Assembly (NCBI GenBank): GCA_017411835.1
Contig: JAFQPG010000005.1
Span: 52,774-116,773, forward strand
Origin: Ruminococcus sp.
GTDB taxonomy: Bacteria; Bacillota; Clostridia; Oscillospirales; Acutalibacteraceae
Length of the DNA stretch: 64,000 bases
Direction of reading: 5' to 3'
In this document: piece after piece, positions 45,969 through 56,531 of the stretch
Layout of the letters: every line of letters begins with the position of its first letter
Position numbering within the stretch: the stretch's first letter is position 1
Translations under genes and position numbers: made by a program
Notes under the pieces: model-generated
Database searches by the model: none
What the model was told of the DNA's origin: nothing
What the model saw: the letters and a program-made list of their open reading frames with translations, nothing else

Positions 45969-47089
45969 TGATAAAAGTTTTATTTTTTATTCCCACATTA
46001 GGACATGGTGGTGCAGAAAGAGTATTGGTGAATTTAGTAAATAATATGGATCAGACCAAGTTCGATATAACTGTTCAGACAATGTTCGACGTTGGAATAT
46101 ATAGAGATAAATTGAACAAAGGAATTAAATATAAAGGTGGACTGAAATGGTATTTCAGAGGTAATACGGTACTTTATCAGTTGTTTTCACCAAAACAGTT
46201 ATACAAAATGTATATTAAGGAAGAGTATGATGTAATCATTTCTTATCTTGAAGGACCGAGTTCAAGAGTTGTTTTTGGCTGTCAAAATAAAGATATTAAA
46301 AAAATAGCGTGGATACATACTCAACTTAATGAAAGAAAAGTTGCGTACAAGAGTTTCAGAACAAAAAAAGAAGCAGAAGACTGTTATAGTAGTTATGATT
46401 TAATTGCTTGTGTTTCACAAGGTGTTAAAGATAGTTTTTATGAGACATTTAACGTAGATTGCCCTGTTAGAGTAATGTATAATACAATAGAAGCTAAAAA
46501 AATTATAGAAAAGTCACTAGTGGTAGTCGATGATATTAAATTCTCTGATGATAAGATAAATTTAGTTTCAGTTGGGAAACTCATTAAGGTTAAGGGTTAT
46601 GACAGACTAATAGAGGTTGTTAATAAGTTAATAAAAGAAAAATATAAAATAAAGCTTTATTTATTAGGTGTTGGAGAGGAAAAAGGGGCACTTGAAAAAA
46701 AGATTCTAGAGTATAAACTAGAAGATTCTGTTGTTTTTTGCGGCTTTAAAGATAACCCATATAAATATGTAAAAAATGCGGATATATATGTTTGTTCTTC
46801 ATATAGAGAGGGATTTAGCACTGCAGTAACTGAAGCATTGATTGTTGGAACTCCAGTAGTAAGTACTAATTGTTCAGGTGCAAAAGAACTGTTAGGTTAC
46901 AATAATGAATATGGAATTGTGACTAACAATGACGAAGAGTCTTTATATCTTGGCATAAAAGAAATGATAAAGTCAAAAGAAACCATGAATAAATACAAAG
47001 AAAAGGCAAAAGAACGTGGACAAAAATTCAGCATAGACGAGACAGTAGGTGCTGTTGAGCAAATGCTTGAGGAGGTTGTAAAAGGATGA
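45968..47089 (+). CDS. GT4 glycosyltransferase
   Basis: GHGGAERVL, AWIH, VGKLIKVKGYDRL, SYREGFSTAVTEA. Confidence 0.92.
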   Translation: MIKVLFFIPTLGHGGAERVLVNLVNNMDQTKFDITVQTMFDVGIYRDKLNKGIKYKGGLKWYFRGNTVLYQLFSPKQLYKMYIKEEYDVIISYLEGPSSRVVFGCQNKDIKKIAWIHTQLNERKVAYKSFRTKKEAEDCYSSYDLIACVSQGVKDSFYETFNVDCPVRVMYNTIEAKKIIEKSLVVVDDIKFSDDKINLVSVGKLIKVKGYDRLIEVVNKLIKEKYKIKLYLLGVGEEKGALEKKILEYKLEDSVVFCGFKDNPYKYVKNADIYVCSSYREGFSTAVTEALIVGTPVVSTNCSGAKELLGYNNEYGIVTNNDEESLYLGIKEMIKSKETMNKYKEKAKERGQKFSIDETVGAVEQMLEEVVKG

Positions 47090-48150
47090 CAGTTTTACAA
47101 GTGTGTGCTTTCGCAGCCCCATATGAGGGGAATTTTATTAAATCACTTAAAGCTTTAGGTCAAGATTTATCAGAAAAAGGTCACAAAATGATTTATGCTT
47201 TTCCCGAAAGTGCAAAAAATATAGGATGGTGTAAGAAACTAGCAGAAGAAACAGATGTTTATTTCCTACCGTTAGCTAAAGCTAGACTAAAAGTGAATAC
47301 TTATAAATCATTAGTTGATATTTACAAGAGATATGACGATTTGCAAATAATTCATTCACACTTTGAGTTATATGATGTACCAGTAACTATGACAGCGCCA
47401 AAATCTGTAAGAGTTTTCTGGCATTTACACGATGCTTTGGAAGTATATAATAGCCTTAGATATCGCATTGAGCACAAGGTTCAGTATGGGTTGTTACATA
47501 AAAAAGCAGAGTTGTTGGCTGTTGCTAAAAAACTTATGACTTATGTGCTCAAATGTGGGTTTCCAGAAAGTCAGGCAAAGTATGTACCTAACGGGTTGGA
47601 TTTGAATCGAATAAATAAGGTTGGCACATCTGTTGAAAGCAGAAAATATGATTTTATGATTTTCGGTTGGGATTATGAAATAAAAGGTGTGGATTTAGCA
47701 ATTAAAGCTGCTTTAAAAACGAATGCTGATATTAAGATAGCAGTTGTTGCTTCAAAACAAACTGCAGAAATTATAGAACAACAGTTTGGGAAACTTAATA
47801 TTTTGGATGTATTAGATCCAGTTAAAGATGTTAATAAGTTATATGAAGATACTAAATGCTTTCTTCATATAAGTAGAGCAGAGGGCCTTTCATATGCTTT
47901 ATTGGAAGCTGTTTATGCTGGCTTACCTGTTATTTGCAGTGATATTGATGAGAATAAATTTGCGGATGTTTTTCCTACTGTTACAATGACAAAAGCAGAG
48001 GATATAAAGAGCATTGCTTCTGCTATGAGAAAAAGTATTGAGAACTTATCTGTTGATGCTAGCCTTATCAACGAGTCCAGAAGTATTATAGAGAGAGAGT
48101 ATTCAATTTCTTGTTGGGTTTCGAATATTTTGAAACTATATGGAGTTTAA
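47086..48150 (+). CDS. GT4 glycosyltransferase
   Basis: HSHF, WHLHD, VPNG, IKGVD and SRAEGLSYALLEA motifs. Confidence 0.88.
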   Translation: MTVLQVCAFAAPYEGNFIKSLKALGQDLSEKGHKMIYAFPESAKNIGWCKKLAEETDVYFLPLAKARLKVNTYKSLVDIYKRYDDLQIIHSHFELYDVPVTMTAPKSVRVFWHLHDALEVYNSLRYRIEHKVQYGLLHKKAELLAVAKKLMTYVLKCGFPESQAKYVPNGLDLNRINKVGTSVESRKYDFMIFGWDYEIKGVDLAIKAALKTNADIKIAVVASKQTAEIIEQQFGKLNILDVLDPVKDVNKLYEDTKCFLHISRAEGLSYALLEAVYAGLPVICSDIDENKFADVFPTVTMTKAEDIKSIASAMRKSIENLSVDASLINESRSIIEREYSISCWVSNILKLYGV

Positions 48151-48153
48151 CAA

Positions 48154-49218
48154 ATGAAGACGGTTTGCATTTTTAATGGTGATATGTCCCGTGGTGGTGG
48201 AACTGAGAAAATAACTCAGGTTTTAGCTAATGGACTTGTAAAGACTGAAAAATATAAAATTATAGTTTTGAATTTGTCTAATCAGGGGTCAACTTCGTAT
48301 TATCCATTAGAGAACAAAGTTTTGTTTAGAACACTTAACGAAACTAGTATATTAAAAAAGATTAAAGAATTAGCACGTTTTCTGAAAAAAGAGCGCATAG
48401 ATGTAATAATTAATGTTGATATTATGCTTGGCATATATACAATACCAGCGACTATGCTTTATCCGAAGACGAAGTTCGTATCTTGGGAGATGTTTAATTT
48501 ACGCAATAATATCGGTAGTAAGCATACTAATACAATACGCAAGATTTGCCTTAGAAGAAGTGCTTATTATATCAATCAAACAATAGGAGATATGCAGGCT
48601 TTTATGAATGAAATGCCTGTAAAATGTCCGATCGATTATATATATAATCCCTGTGATATTGATATGAACTATCAAGGATATGATACTAATTCAAAAACAA
48701 TCGTAACGGCAGGGCATTTTTTCTATACAAAGGGTTATGATCTAGCTGTTGAAGTTGCTAATATAGTATTAAAGAAACATCCAGATTGGAAATGGAAGTT
48801 CTTTGGTGATGGAGTAGAACTTAATAAATGTAAAGAAAAAGCAAGTGAATATGGACTTACTAATCTTGAATTTTGTGGTAGGACTAATAACATAATTGAT
48901 GAATTTAAAAAAGCTGCAATGTATATTATGACATCTCGGACAGAGGGTTTTGGACTTGTTCTTACTGAGGCGAAATCTTGCAATTTGCCAACACTTGCGT
49001 TTGACATAGACTTTGGTCCAAGAGAGATTATAGAGAATGAGGTTAGTGGTTATCTTGTTAAAGATTTCAATATTAACGTGATGGCAGAAAGAATATGTGA
49101 GTTAATAGAAAAGCCTGATTTAAGAAAACAGTTTTCTATGAAAGCCAAAGATAACTGTGATAAATTTTCCCTAGATCAATTTGTTATGAAGTGGGACAAG
49201 ATTTTGAGTAGTATTTAA
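48154..49218 (+). CDS. GT4 glycosyltransferase
   Basis: GGGTEK, YIYNP, AGH...KGYD, SRTEGFGLVLTEA, GPREII. Confidence 0.9.
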   Translation: MKTVCIFNGDMSRGGGTEKITQVLANGLVKTEKYKIIVLNLSNQGSTSYYPLENKVLFRTLNETSILKKIKELARFLKKERIDVIINVDIMLGIYTIPATMLYPKTKFVSWEMFNLRNNIGSKHTNTIRKICLRRSAYYINQTIGDMQAFMNEMPVKCPIDYIYNPCDIDMNYQGYDTNSKTIVTAGHFFYTKGYDLAVEVANIVLKKHPDWKWKFFGDGVELNKCKEKASEYGLTNLEFCGRTNNIIDEFKKAAMYIMTSRTEGFGLVLTEAKSCNLPTLAFDIDFGPREIIENEVSGYLVKDFNINVMAERICELIEKPDLRKQFSMKAKDNCDKFSLDQFVMKWDKILSSI

Positions 49219-49228
49219 GGGGTTTTAT

Positions 49229-50026
49229 ATGAGCGAATACAAAGTTGGACAATATGATGTAACTGAGATTCAGGAAAAAATATTTGAAATATTTCTTGAG
49301 TTTGATCGCATTTGTAAAAAGCATAATATTAGATACACCCTTGAGGGCGGAACATTGTTAGGCGCTGTTCTTCATAAAGGATTTATACCGTGGGATGATG
49401 ATATGGATATTATTATGCTTAGAAGTGAGTATGATAAGTTTTGTAGGGTTGTTGACGAGGATATAAGGGAACCTTTTGTTTTTTATAGTATGGAAAAATC
49501 AGAGCAATACCCTTTTTTATTTGGTAAAATTTTCAATAAAAACACTATTTACAAGTCACCCAACACAGCTCATCTGGATATTCCTCAGGGAGTATTTTTA
49601 GATATATTTATTGAAGATAATATAAAATTAAGAACTAAAAAATTACATAGTCGTATAGTCAGTGCTATAGGTACTGTTAGGTATATAAAACTAGGCGTGG
49701 TAGGATTTAGCATAAAACACATATTCTATGCACCATTGTTCTTATTTTCTATAACAAAGTTAAATGTGTTAGCTGATAAGGCGATGAGAAAGTATAACGA
49801 AGTTGATACAGGATATGTGTATCCTCTGTGCCAGTCAATAAGTTCTAAACCGCCGCTACCTAAGCGGATGTTTACAGATTTTGAAAAAGGTATTTTCAAT
49901 AACTTTGAGGTAGATATACCCACTTGTCATATGTGGTATCTTCATAAACACTATGAAACTCCAATGGAATTACCACCAGAGTCGAGTAGGCACCCAACAC
50001 ATGGAGTTGTAGAGATTAAACTTTAA
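49229..50026 (+). CDS. LicD-family phosphotransferase
   Basis: GGTLLGAVLHKGFIPWDDDMDI; FLDIF. Confidence 0.9.
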   Translation: MSEYKVGQYDVTEIQEKIFEIFLEFDRICKKHNIRYTLEGGTLLGAVLHKGFIPWDDDMDIIMLRSEYDKFCRVVDEDIREPFVFYSMEKSEQYPFLFGKIFNKNTIYKSPNTAHLDIPQGVFLDIFIEDNIKLRTKKLHSRIVSAIGTVRYIKLGVVGFSIKHIFYAPLFLFSITKLNVLADKAMRKYNEVDTGYVYPLCQSISSKPPLPKRMFTDFEKGIFNNFEVDIPTCHMWYLHKHYETPMELPPESSRHPTHGVVEIKL

Positions 50027-50046
50027 AGAATTGAGATGAAATTAAT

Positions 50047-51609
50047 TTGCAAGGAAGAACTCAAAAAAGCTTTTATAATGTAATAACGGGTATATTTGGA
50101 CAGATGTTTTCTTTTGTTCTAAGCTTTGTTATAAGAACAGTCTTTATAAATACACTCGGAGAAATGTATCTGGGTTTGGATGGGTTGTATTCCAATATTC
50201 TTTCGGTATTAAGTCTTACTGAGCTTGGACTTGGTACTGCTATTGTAATTGAATTATACCGTACAGTAGCAGAAAAAGATGATGAAAAAACAAAGCAATA
50301 CTTACAATTTTATAAAAAAGCATACAATTGTATAGGCGGAGTTATTCTTTGTGCAGGTCTGATTATTACACCTTTTTTGCATCTATTTATTAATGATGCA
50401 GAAGCAGTTGCAGAGCTTATCAACTACAAGTTTGTATTTTTATTTTATTTAGCTAATGTATCATTTTCTTACTTTTGTTTTGCTTACAGACTGTCTATAC
50501 TACAGGCTCATCAGCAGGAGTATAAGAGTAGAATTCTTACATATATCTTTAAAACTGGTGAAACTATACTTCAGATAATTACGCTACTTTTATTCAAAAA
50601 TATTTATGCATACCTGATTATTCCACTTGCTTTAGGTATTGTGCAGACTGTAGTTAGGGGTATACTCATCGGTAAGTGGTTTCCAATTGTTAGAGAAAAA
50701 CCAGATGGAAAGCTATCTAAGGATGAGGTTAAAACTACAGCAAAGAATGTATATTCGGTGGCTCTTTATAAGATAAGTGGTACAGTAATTAATTCAACAG
50801 ATAATATAGTTTTATCTTCTTTTATCAGTATCGTAATTACTGGTTTGTATTCAAATTATCTGATAATAACTAGTTCTGTTAAAACTATACTTGAAAAACT
50901 TTTTACTGCTTTTGTAGCAAGCCTTGGTAATCTAAATGTTGAGGCAGGAGATAATATTGAGAAAAAATACTCTATATTTAAAACGCTTAGCTTTATGAAT
51001 TTCTGGGCGTATAGTTTTTGTGCGGTTTGCTTATTTGTGCTGTTTGACCCATTTATTTCATTATGGATTGGTGATAGATTCATTATGAATATGGCTACAG
51101 AGTTTATGATAATATTTACTCTGTTGGTAGAAGGCTTACAGGAAACGATTGGTACGCATAGAGCGGCATACGGACTTTTTTATAAAGGGCGTTATAGACC
51201 TGTGGTTTCTGTTATATTAAACATAGGCTTATCGATATTACTTGTAAGTGTTATGCCAAATGAATTTGGTGTTGTTGCGGTGCTGTTAGGTACAGTGTTA
51301 TCAAACCTCTTGTCAAGCTGGTGGTTTGATGCGTATTTGGTTCATAAATATGCTTTTAATATGAAACCATATAAGTTTTATATTACATATTGGTTGAGAA
51401 TGGTATATTCGTTATTTTTCTGCGTAGCACTAAGATTTATATGTAGTTTCATTCCGTTAAGTGGGGTGCTAAATTTTATTGTTTGTGGTTTAATTTGCGT
51501 TGTTATATATAATATGGTTTTTGTGTTATTGTTTTACAAAAGACCAGAGTTTGAGTATCTCAAGGATAGCGTGTTTAGGATATTAAAGGTAAAAACAAAG
51601 AAGAGTTAG
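50047..51609 (+). CDS. Wzx-type oligosaccharide flippase
   Basis: TTG start; about 12-14 TM helices; LSLTELGLGTAI, STDNIVLS, YSNY, LFDPFISLWIG. Confidence 0.88.
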   Translation: MQGRTQKSFYNVITGIFGQMFSFVLSFVIRTVFINTLGEMYLGLDGLYSNILSVLSLTELGLGTAIVIELYRTVAEKDDEKTKQYLQFYKKAYNCIGGVILCAGLIITPFLHLFINDAEAVAELINYKFVFLFYLANVSFSYFCFAYRLSILQAHQQEYKSRILTYIFKTGETILQIITLLLFKNIYAYLIIPLALGIVQTVVRGILIGKWFPIVREKPDGKLSKDEVKTTAKNVYSVALYKISGTVINSTDNIVLSSFISIVITGLYSNYLIITSSVKTILEKLFTAFVASLGNLNVEAGDNIEKKYSIFKTLSFMNFWAYSFCAVCLFVLFDPFISLWIGDRFIMNMATEFMIIFTLLVEGLQETIGTHRAAYGLFYKGRYRPVVSVILNIGLSILLVSVMPNEFGVVAVLLGTVLSNLLSSWWFDAYLVHKYAFNMKPYKFYITYWLRMVYSLFFCVALRFICSFIPLSGVLNFIVCGLICVVIYNMVFVLLFYKRPEFEYLKDSVFRILKVKTKKS

Positions 51610-51642
51610 TTTGGAAATTATGAATTTTTGAGGTGATATCTT

Positions 51643-52236
51643 ATGGAGATACGCAGAATAAGAGAGGATAAAGAGTTAAAAGTATTTCTTGATTTATTGA
51701 ATGAAGCATATAAACAAAGAAGTAATGAAAAACTTCCCTTTAAGGAATTAGTTATAGACGAGATAAAGAAAGAGAAATTGACTGATATTTGTGCTGTTTT
51801 TTCAGGGAATGATATGATAGGTGGGGTATGTCTTAAAACAAATGATATTGATAATACTGATGCCTTAAAGATTAGTCACCTATGGACAAATATACGTTTT
51901 CAAAAAACAGGTGTAGCATCTTTTTTGTTAGATTACTGTTATAACTATGCACAGGAAAAACAAGCAAAGTATATGCAACTTAATGTTGCTAATATATATG
52001 AAGCTGCGGTATCACTTTATAAGAAAAAGGGATTTAAAAAATTAAAAATATATGCAAACACACCAGGAACTTATTATTTTGTGCGAATGATAAAAGATGT
52101 TGACCCATTTGTTTTTTCAAAAACAAAAAGATTTTTTGTGTTTTTTGCATCTTTAATTAAGTTTTATATGTTATTTAAAAGTGATAGTTCACCAAATGTA
52201 TTATGTAGGTTAATTTATGGAACAAATAAAAAATAG
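51643..52236 (+). CDS. GNAT-family N-acetyltransferase
   Basis: ISHLWTNIRFQKTGVASFLL (motif A), LNVANIYEAAVSLYKKKGF (motif B). Confidence 0.85.
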   Translation: MEIRRIREDKELKVFLDLLNEAYKQRSNEKLPFKELVIDEIKKEKLTDICAVFSGNDMIGGVCLKTNDIDNTDALKISHLWTNIRFQKTGVASFLLDYCYNYAQEKQAKYMQLNVANIYEAAVSLYKKKGFKKLKIYANTPGTYYFVRMIKDVDPFVFSKTKRFFVFFASLIKFYMLFKSDSSPNVLCRLIYGTNKK

Positions 52237-54250
52237 AGTTTGTATTGTACTTGGTTCAAGAGGAGTAAATGCAACAGGGCTTATTAGAAGCCTTGGAGAA
52301 GCGGGCATAGCCGTTACTTTTGCATCGACATTTTCTAATATTGAGAGTCGTTATAACACGCATTACCTGAAGCTTTCAAGTAATCAGGAAAAAATGAAGA
52401 AAGAACTAATTGAATATTGCAAGCAATTTTCAGATAAACCTGTTATTTTTCCTACTGATGACAGTATGGCTTTGTTTTTGGATAGTAATTATTATAAATT
52501 GAAGCAATATTGTGTTTTTTCTAATGCACAGGGTAACCTTACAAAAATAGCAGACAAGGCGGTTATGACAAAGCTTGCACAAGAGTGTGGTGTTGCTGTG
52601 CCATATACCGAGGAAATTGACCTTAAATCTAATCAAAAAACAGTTGAGTTTCCAGTTATTATTAAACCAAATGTATCAGCTAACGGTAGCAAAGGCGATA
52701 TTTGCATTTGCTACACTGAAGATGAGTATAAAAACGCAATAGATAAGTTTAGGACTAAAGGTTATGATAAGGTTTTAGTTCAACAGTTTTTAGAGACACC
52801 AGAACAGTATGAGGTAGGAGTAATGGGTATGTCGCTAGCTGATGGGACAGTAATAATACCTGGTGTCATACATAAAATCAGATCTTATCCGATAAAAAGA
52901 GGAAGCACTTCTTTTGCAAAAATAGAAAATGATTTTTCATATATTGATGTGTTATCCCTTAAAAAGTTTATCAGAGCAACAGGTTATGTTGGTGTATTTG
53001 ATATCGAAATGATCATCAGTAGAAAAACTGCGTGGTTCATAGAAGTAAATTTCAGAAACGGACAGTATGGCTATTCTATAACAAAAGCTGGATATAACCT
53101 TCCTGTTAACTGGTATTTTGCAATGACAGGTGGGAATATTACTCAACCGAGCGTCCTTGAAGAAATTTATTATATGAATGAACGTGAAGATTATCTTCAT
53201 GTAAAAGATGGAGTTTTAACTAAGCAGGAATGGAAAAAGCAGTTTAAAGAAGCAAAAGCATATGGTGTGTACTGCAGGTCTGACATCAGACCCTTTATTA
53301 GGCAATATGTGAAGGTTCCTGATAGAGTTATAATCAAATTTAATAAGCTTAAAAACAGGCTTAAAGATTTGCTTATCAAAGAGGAATGGACTCTTGCAAT
53401 AAGAAAAATACAGGATAAGTTGTTATTTGAAGATGGCGGAACAAAAAAATCTTTTACCATACTTAATAACAGTCTTAGATATTGGGCAGCAGATCCTTTT
53501 ATTATCACCAAGGATGAAAAAGACTATATATTTTTTGAAATGTTTGATAGGCTCAAAGGTAAAGGACTTATAGGTTACCGCGAGATAAACAATGGAAAAT
53601 TTTCTAAAATGAAAGTTGCATATGAGAGAGAGACTCATATATCTTTCCCTTTTATTTTTGAGTATAAAGGCGAAATATATATGATGCCTGAGTCGTCTAA
53701 AGACCACACTCTACCTGTGCTCAAGGCGGTAAGCTTTCCTGATAAATGGCAGGAAGTAAAGAATCTAAACAACGGTGAACGATTTGTGGATTCTGTGTTG
53801 TTTGAGCAAAAAGATGAAGTGTATTTGTTTACTCAGCAAATACAAAACGCATATTCATTTGACAAACTTGATGTTTTTCAAAAAAAAGGTGATAAGTTCA
53901 TACCGCACAAGAATAATCCTGTTGTTGTTTCTTCTGAAAACGCACGGCTTGCTGGTAAGGTTTTTGCTCATAAAGACTCGATTATAAGAGTTTCTCAGGA
54001 TTGTTCTGAAGACTATGGCAGGAAATTGACATTTAATCTTGTTAAAGAACTTTCCATTGAAAACTATTGTGAAGAAGTTATTGGAGAAATAACAGTCGAT
54101 GATGTTGCATTAAATAAAAAAAGAACATTTTGTGGAATACATACATATAACAAGAATAATAATTATGAAATAATCGATTTAAAGAATACGAACAGAATTA
54201 GATTATTTAATATTTTTAATCTGGGGCACAAATTGGTTTTTAGAATATAA
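52217..54250 (+). CDS. ATP-grasp amino-acid ligase fused to a five-bladed beta-propeller (GINT1 N-terminal/GH43-32-like) domain
   Basis: N-terminal GLIRSLG, FPTDD, PVIIKP, VQQFL, FDIEM, FIEVNFR; C-terminal YWAADPF, YIFFE, HISFPF, YMMPES, VDS, ARLAG, SQDC...YG, HTYN. Confidence 0.8.
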   Translation: MEQIKNRVCIVLGSRGVNATGLIRSLGEAGIAVTFASTFSNIESRYNTHYLKLSSNQEKMKKELIEYCKQFSDKPVIFPTDDSMALFLDSNYYKLKQYCVFSNAQGNLTKIADKAVMTKLAQECGVAVPYTEEIDLKSNQKTVEFPVIIKPNVSANGSKGDICICYTEDEYKNAIDKFRTKGYDKVLVQQFLETPEQYEVGVMGMSLADGTVIIPGVIHKIRSYPIKRGSTSFAKIENDFSYIDVLSLKKFIRATGYVGVFDIEMIISRKTAWFIEVNFRNGQYGYSITKAGYNLPVNWYFAMTGGNITQPSVLEEIYYMNEREDYLHVKDGVLTKQEWKKQFKEAKAYGVYCRSDIRPFIRQYVKVPDRVIIKFNKLKNRLKDLLIKEEWTLAIRKIQDKLLFEDGGTKKSFTILNNSLRYWAADPFIITKDEKDYIFFEMFDRLKGKGLIGYREINNGKFSKMKVAYERETHISFPFIFEYKGEIYMMPESSKDHTLPVLKAVSFPDKWQEVKNLNNGERFVDSVLFEQKDEVYLFTQQIQNAYSFDKLDVFQKKGDKFIPHKNNPVVVSSENARLAGKVFAHKDSIIRVSQDCSEDYGRKLTFNLVKELSIENYCEEVIGEITVDDVALNKKRTFCGIHTYNKNNNYEIIDLKNTNRIRLFNIFNLGHKLVFRI

Positions 54251-54266
54251 AAGTCGGAGGATTAGT

Positions 54267-55283
54267 TTGGGAATTGTTGGAAGTGTTAACAAAGTTAATA
54301 ACAGAAGCAGAATTGTTAGTTTAGATATAGCAAAATTTATATTATCGTTTTTTATAGTTGGAATACATACTTTAGGAAAATATGGGTTGTATCCAATATC
54401 CAGATGTGCTGTTCCGTTGTTTTTTATGATAAGCTCATATTTATTATGGCAAAGGTTTGATGGGAAAAACGATTTAAACATTATTAAAAAGTTTATTATC
54501 AGAAATCTGCAACTATATATCTTTTGGTTTGTTGCTTTATTACCTTTTATTTTAGTTAATGGTGGTTATTTACAGGGCAATATTGTTATGAATCTTATTA
54601 AACTTGTTGGGAAGTTTTTTGTAAGTTCTACTTTTCCGGCTTCGTGGTATATTGTTGCGCTAATAATTGGTACACTTATTGTATATTTTCTTAGAAAATA
54701 TATTAATAGATATATAGTGTTTGCACTCTGTTGTATTTCGTATATTTTATGTTGTTTATGTAGCAATTATTTTTATTTATTTGAAGGTACAGTTGTACAT
54801 ACAGCATATTTGTTGTATCCAGGTACCATATATAATAGTTTTCCAGTATCTTTATTGTGGATAGCTTTAGGTTCATTTTTTGCAACTAAGGAAAGGTGTG
54901 TTTCACCTAAAAGATGTGGTATTTTAACTGCTGTATTTGTTGTGCTTTTATTTGTAGAACATTTAGTTACTACGAAACATGAATATGTTCAGGATAACGA
55001 CTGCTATTTTATGTTGGTTCCACTATGCTGTTGTATATTCGTGATGTTGATAAATTGGAATTTATCTTGTAAATGGTCTGCAAAAATGTGTAACATAAGT
55101 ACAATTGTATATTGTTCACATGGAGTTATCGCAGGATTATTTAAAAACAAAATTAACCCTGATTGCTGGTATTTGTATGTTTTAGTGTTTATACTTACTT
55201 TGTTAGTAAGCATAACTGTATCATTTGTGATACTAAAACTTGAAAAAATCAAGTGGTTGCATTGGCTGAGATTTTCTCACTAA
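54267..55283 (+). CDS. Acyltransferase family 3 (OafA-like)
   Basis: GGAGG RBS plus TTG start; SLDIAKFILSFFIVGIH, AVPLFFMISSY, WYIVAL; multi-TM. Confidence 0.88.
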   Translation: MGIVGSVNKVNNRSRIVSLDIAKFILSFFIVGIHTLGKYGLYPISRCAVPLFFMISSYLLWQRFDGKNDLNIIKKFIIRNLQLYIFWFVALLPFILVNGGYLQGNIVMNLIKLVGKFFVSSTFPASWYIVALIIGTLIVYFLRKYINRYIVFALCCISYILCCLCSNYFYLFEGTVVHTAYLLYPGTIYNSFPVSLLWIALGSFFATKERCVSPKRCGILTAVFVVLLFVEHLVTTKHEYVQDNDCYFMLVPLCCCIFVMLINWNLSCKWSAKMCNISTIVYCSHGVIAGLFKNKINPDCWYLYVLVFILTLLVSITVSFVILKLEKIKWLHWLRFSH

Positions 55284-55323
55284 CATTAGTTATAAGATAA
55301 TTATTATAAACATTGACAATGAG

Positions 55324-56406
55324 ATGTATTCAAGGTGTATTATGGGGAAAGCTAAAGTTTATTTTGATAGGACAGAAACTAATTGCATCAAAGGTGTAAT
55401 GTTAATATTTATGTTTATTCTACATTTCTTTTGTTATCAGTCATATTTTTGTGAGAAAGTTTCTTATCCACAGCTTGCTTTTATGGAGCAATATATAGGT
55501 CATTTGCAAATTTGTATTGCAGGTTTTGCTTTTTTGACCGGTTATTTTTATTATTATACGAAGAGCAAGACCTATAAGTATTCACTAAATAAAATCTTTG
55601 ATTTATACATACCATATTGGGTCGTTTTGTTGTTCTTATTAGCAATAGCGCTGATTACAGGAACATATAGTTTTTCTTTCCCAGGTTCATTATTAGAAGT
55701 TTTCGCAGTCAGTAGTGAAATAATGTGTTTTTGCTGGTATATTATTTTTTATGTTTTATTAATGCTTGCACTACCTATTACGATTAAATTATTTAGCAAA
55801 AATATGGTAGTTTTATTTATAGTATCGCTATTAGTACCAATGGTTATATATTATGGAGTTTCTTACTTTACCTCAGCAGAGGTAATAATCAGTTTGCTAG
55901 GAAAATTTCAGATATATTATCCCATTGCAATTATAGGATATGTTTCTTCAAGAGTAGATCTTTTTTCTAGGATAGATAGTATTTTGAAAAATAAGATTAT
56001 CATTATCTTTATGTCCTTTGTTTTAGTTATAGTAGTGTTTATGCAACCATCGTGGCTTTATTCTTTTGGACATGATAATATTATTTTGCAAATGATTAGG
56101 AAAATTATTCGTATCTTTTCTATACCGTTTTTTATATATGGGCTCATAAATATATTCCGAATTTTCGATAATAAAAAGTGGTTGACAGTTTTTGATAAAA
56201 TAGGTAAATATTCGATGACAATGTGGTTTGTGCATTGTATGTTTTTTAACTGTTCAAAGGAGATATTGCAACCGGTTTTATATTTACCACGCTATCCAGT
56301 TTTGGTTGTAATATGGGGATTGTCGCTTTGCTTTATTTTGTCAGTACCATTACAGATGTTGTCAGGTGTTTTGCGTAAAAAAATTAAAACATTTAGAACA
56401 CAGTAA
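55324..56406 (+). CDS. Acyltransferase family 3
   Basis: IKGVMLIFMFILH, FAFLTGY, WYIIFY, IGKYSMTMWFVH; multi-TM. Confidence 0.85.
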   Translation: MYSRCIMGKAKVYFDRTETNCIKGVMLIFMFILHFFCYQSYFCEKVSYPQLAFMEQYIGHLQICIAGFAFLTGYFYYYTKSKTYKYSLNKIFDLYIPYWVVLLFLLAIALITGTYSFSFPGSLLEVFAVSSEIMCFCWYIIFYVLLMLALPITIKLFSKNMVVLFIVSLLVPMVIYYGVSYFTSAEVIISLLGKFQIYYPIAIIGYVSSRVDLFSRIDSILKNKIIIIFMSFVLVIVVFMQPSWLYSFGHDNIILQMIRKIIRIFSIPFFIYGLINIFRIFDNKKWLTVFDKIGKYSMTMWFVHCMFFNCSKEILQPVLYLPRYPVLVVIWGLSLCFILSVPLQMLSGVLRKKIKTFRTQ

Positions 56407-56531
56407 GGTTTTAGTAGGATTTTATGTTTGATTTAGATAAATTTATCTCTAATTTTGTCGTTGACTTTTTTTTGTAAAGTATAATATAATTATTCAGGTG
56501 TTAATCTGTACAAAGAGATGGGGGTTAGGCT

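Noticed and set aside
37900-56500. Prophage, ICE or IS-borne island
   Set aside because: No integrase, transposase, att-like direct repeats or flanking tRNA were seen; the low GC is explained by glycan genes
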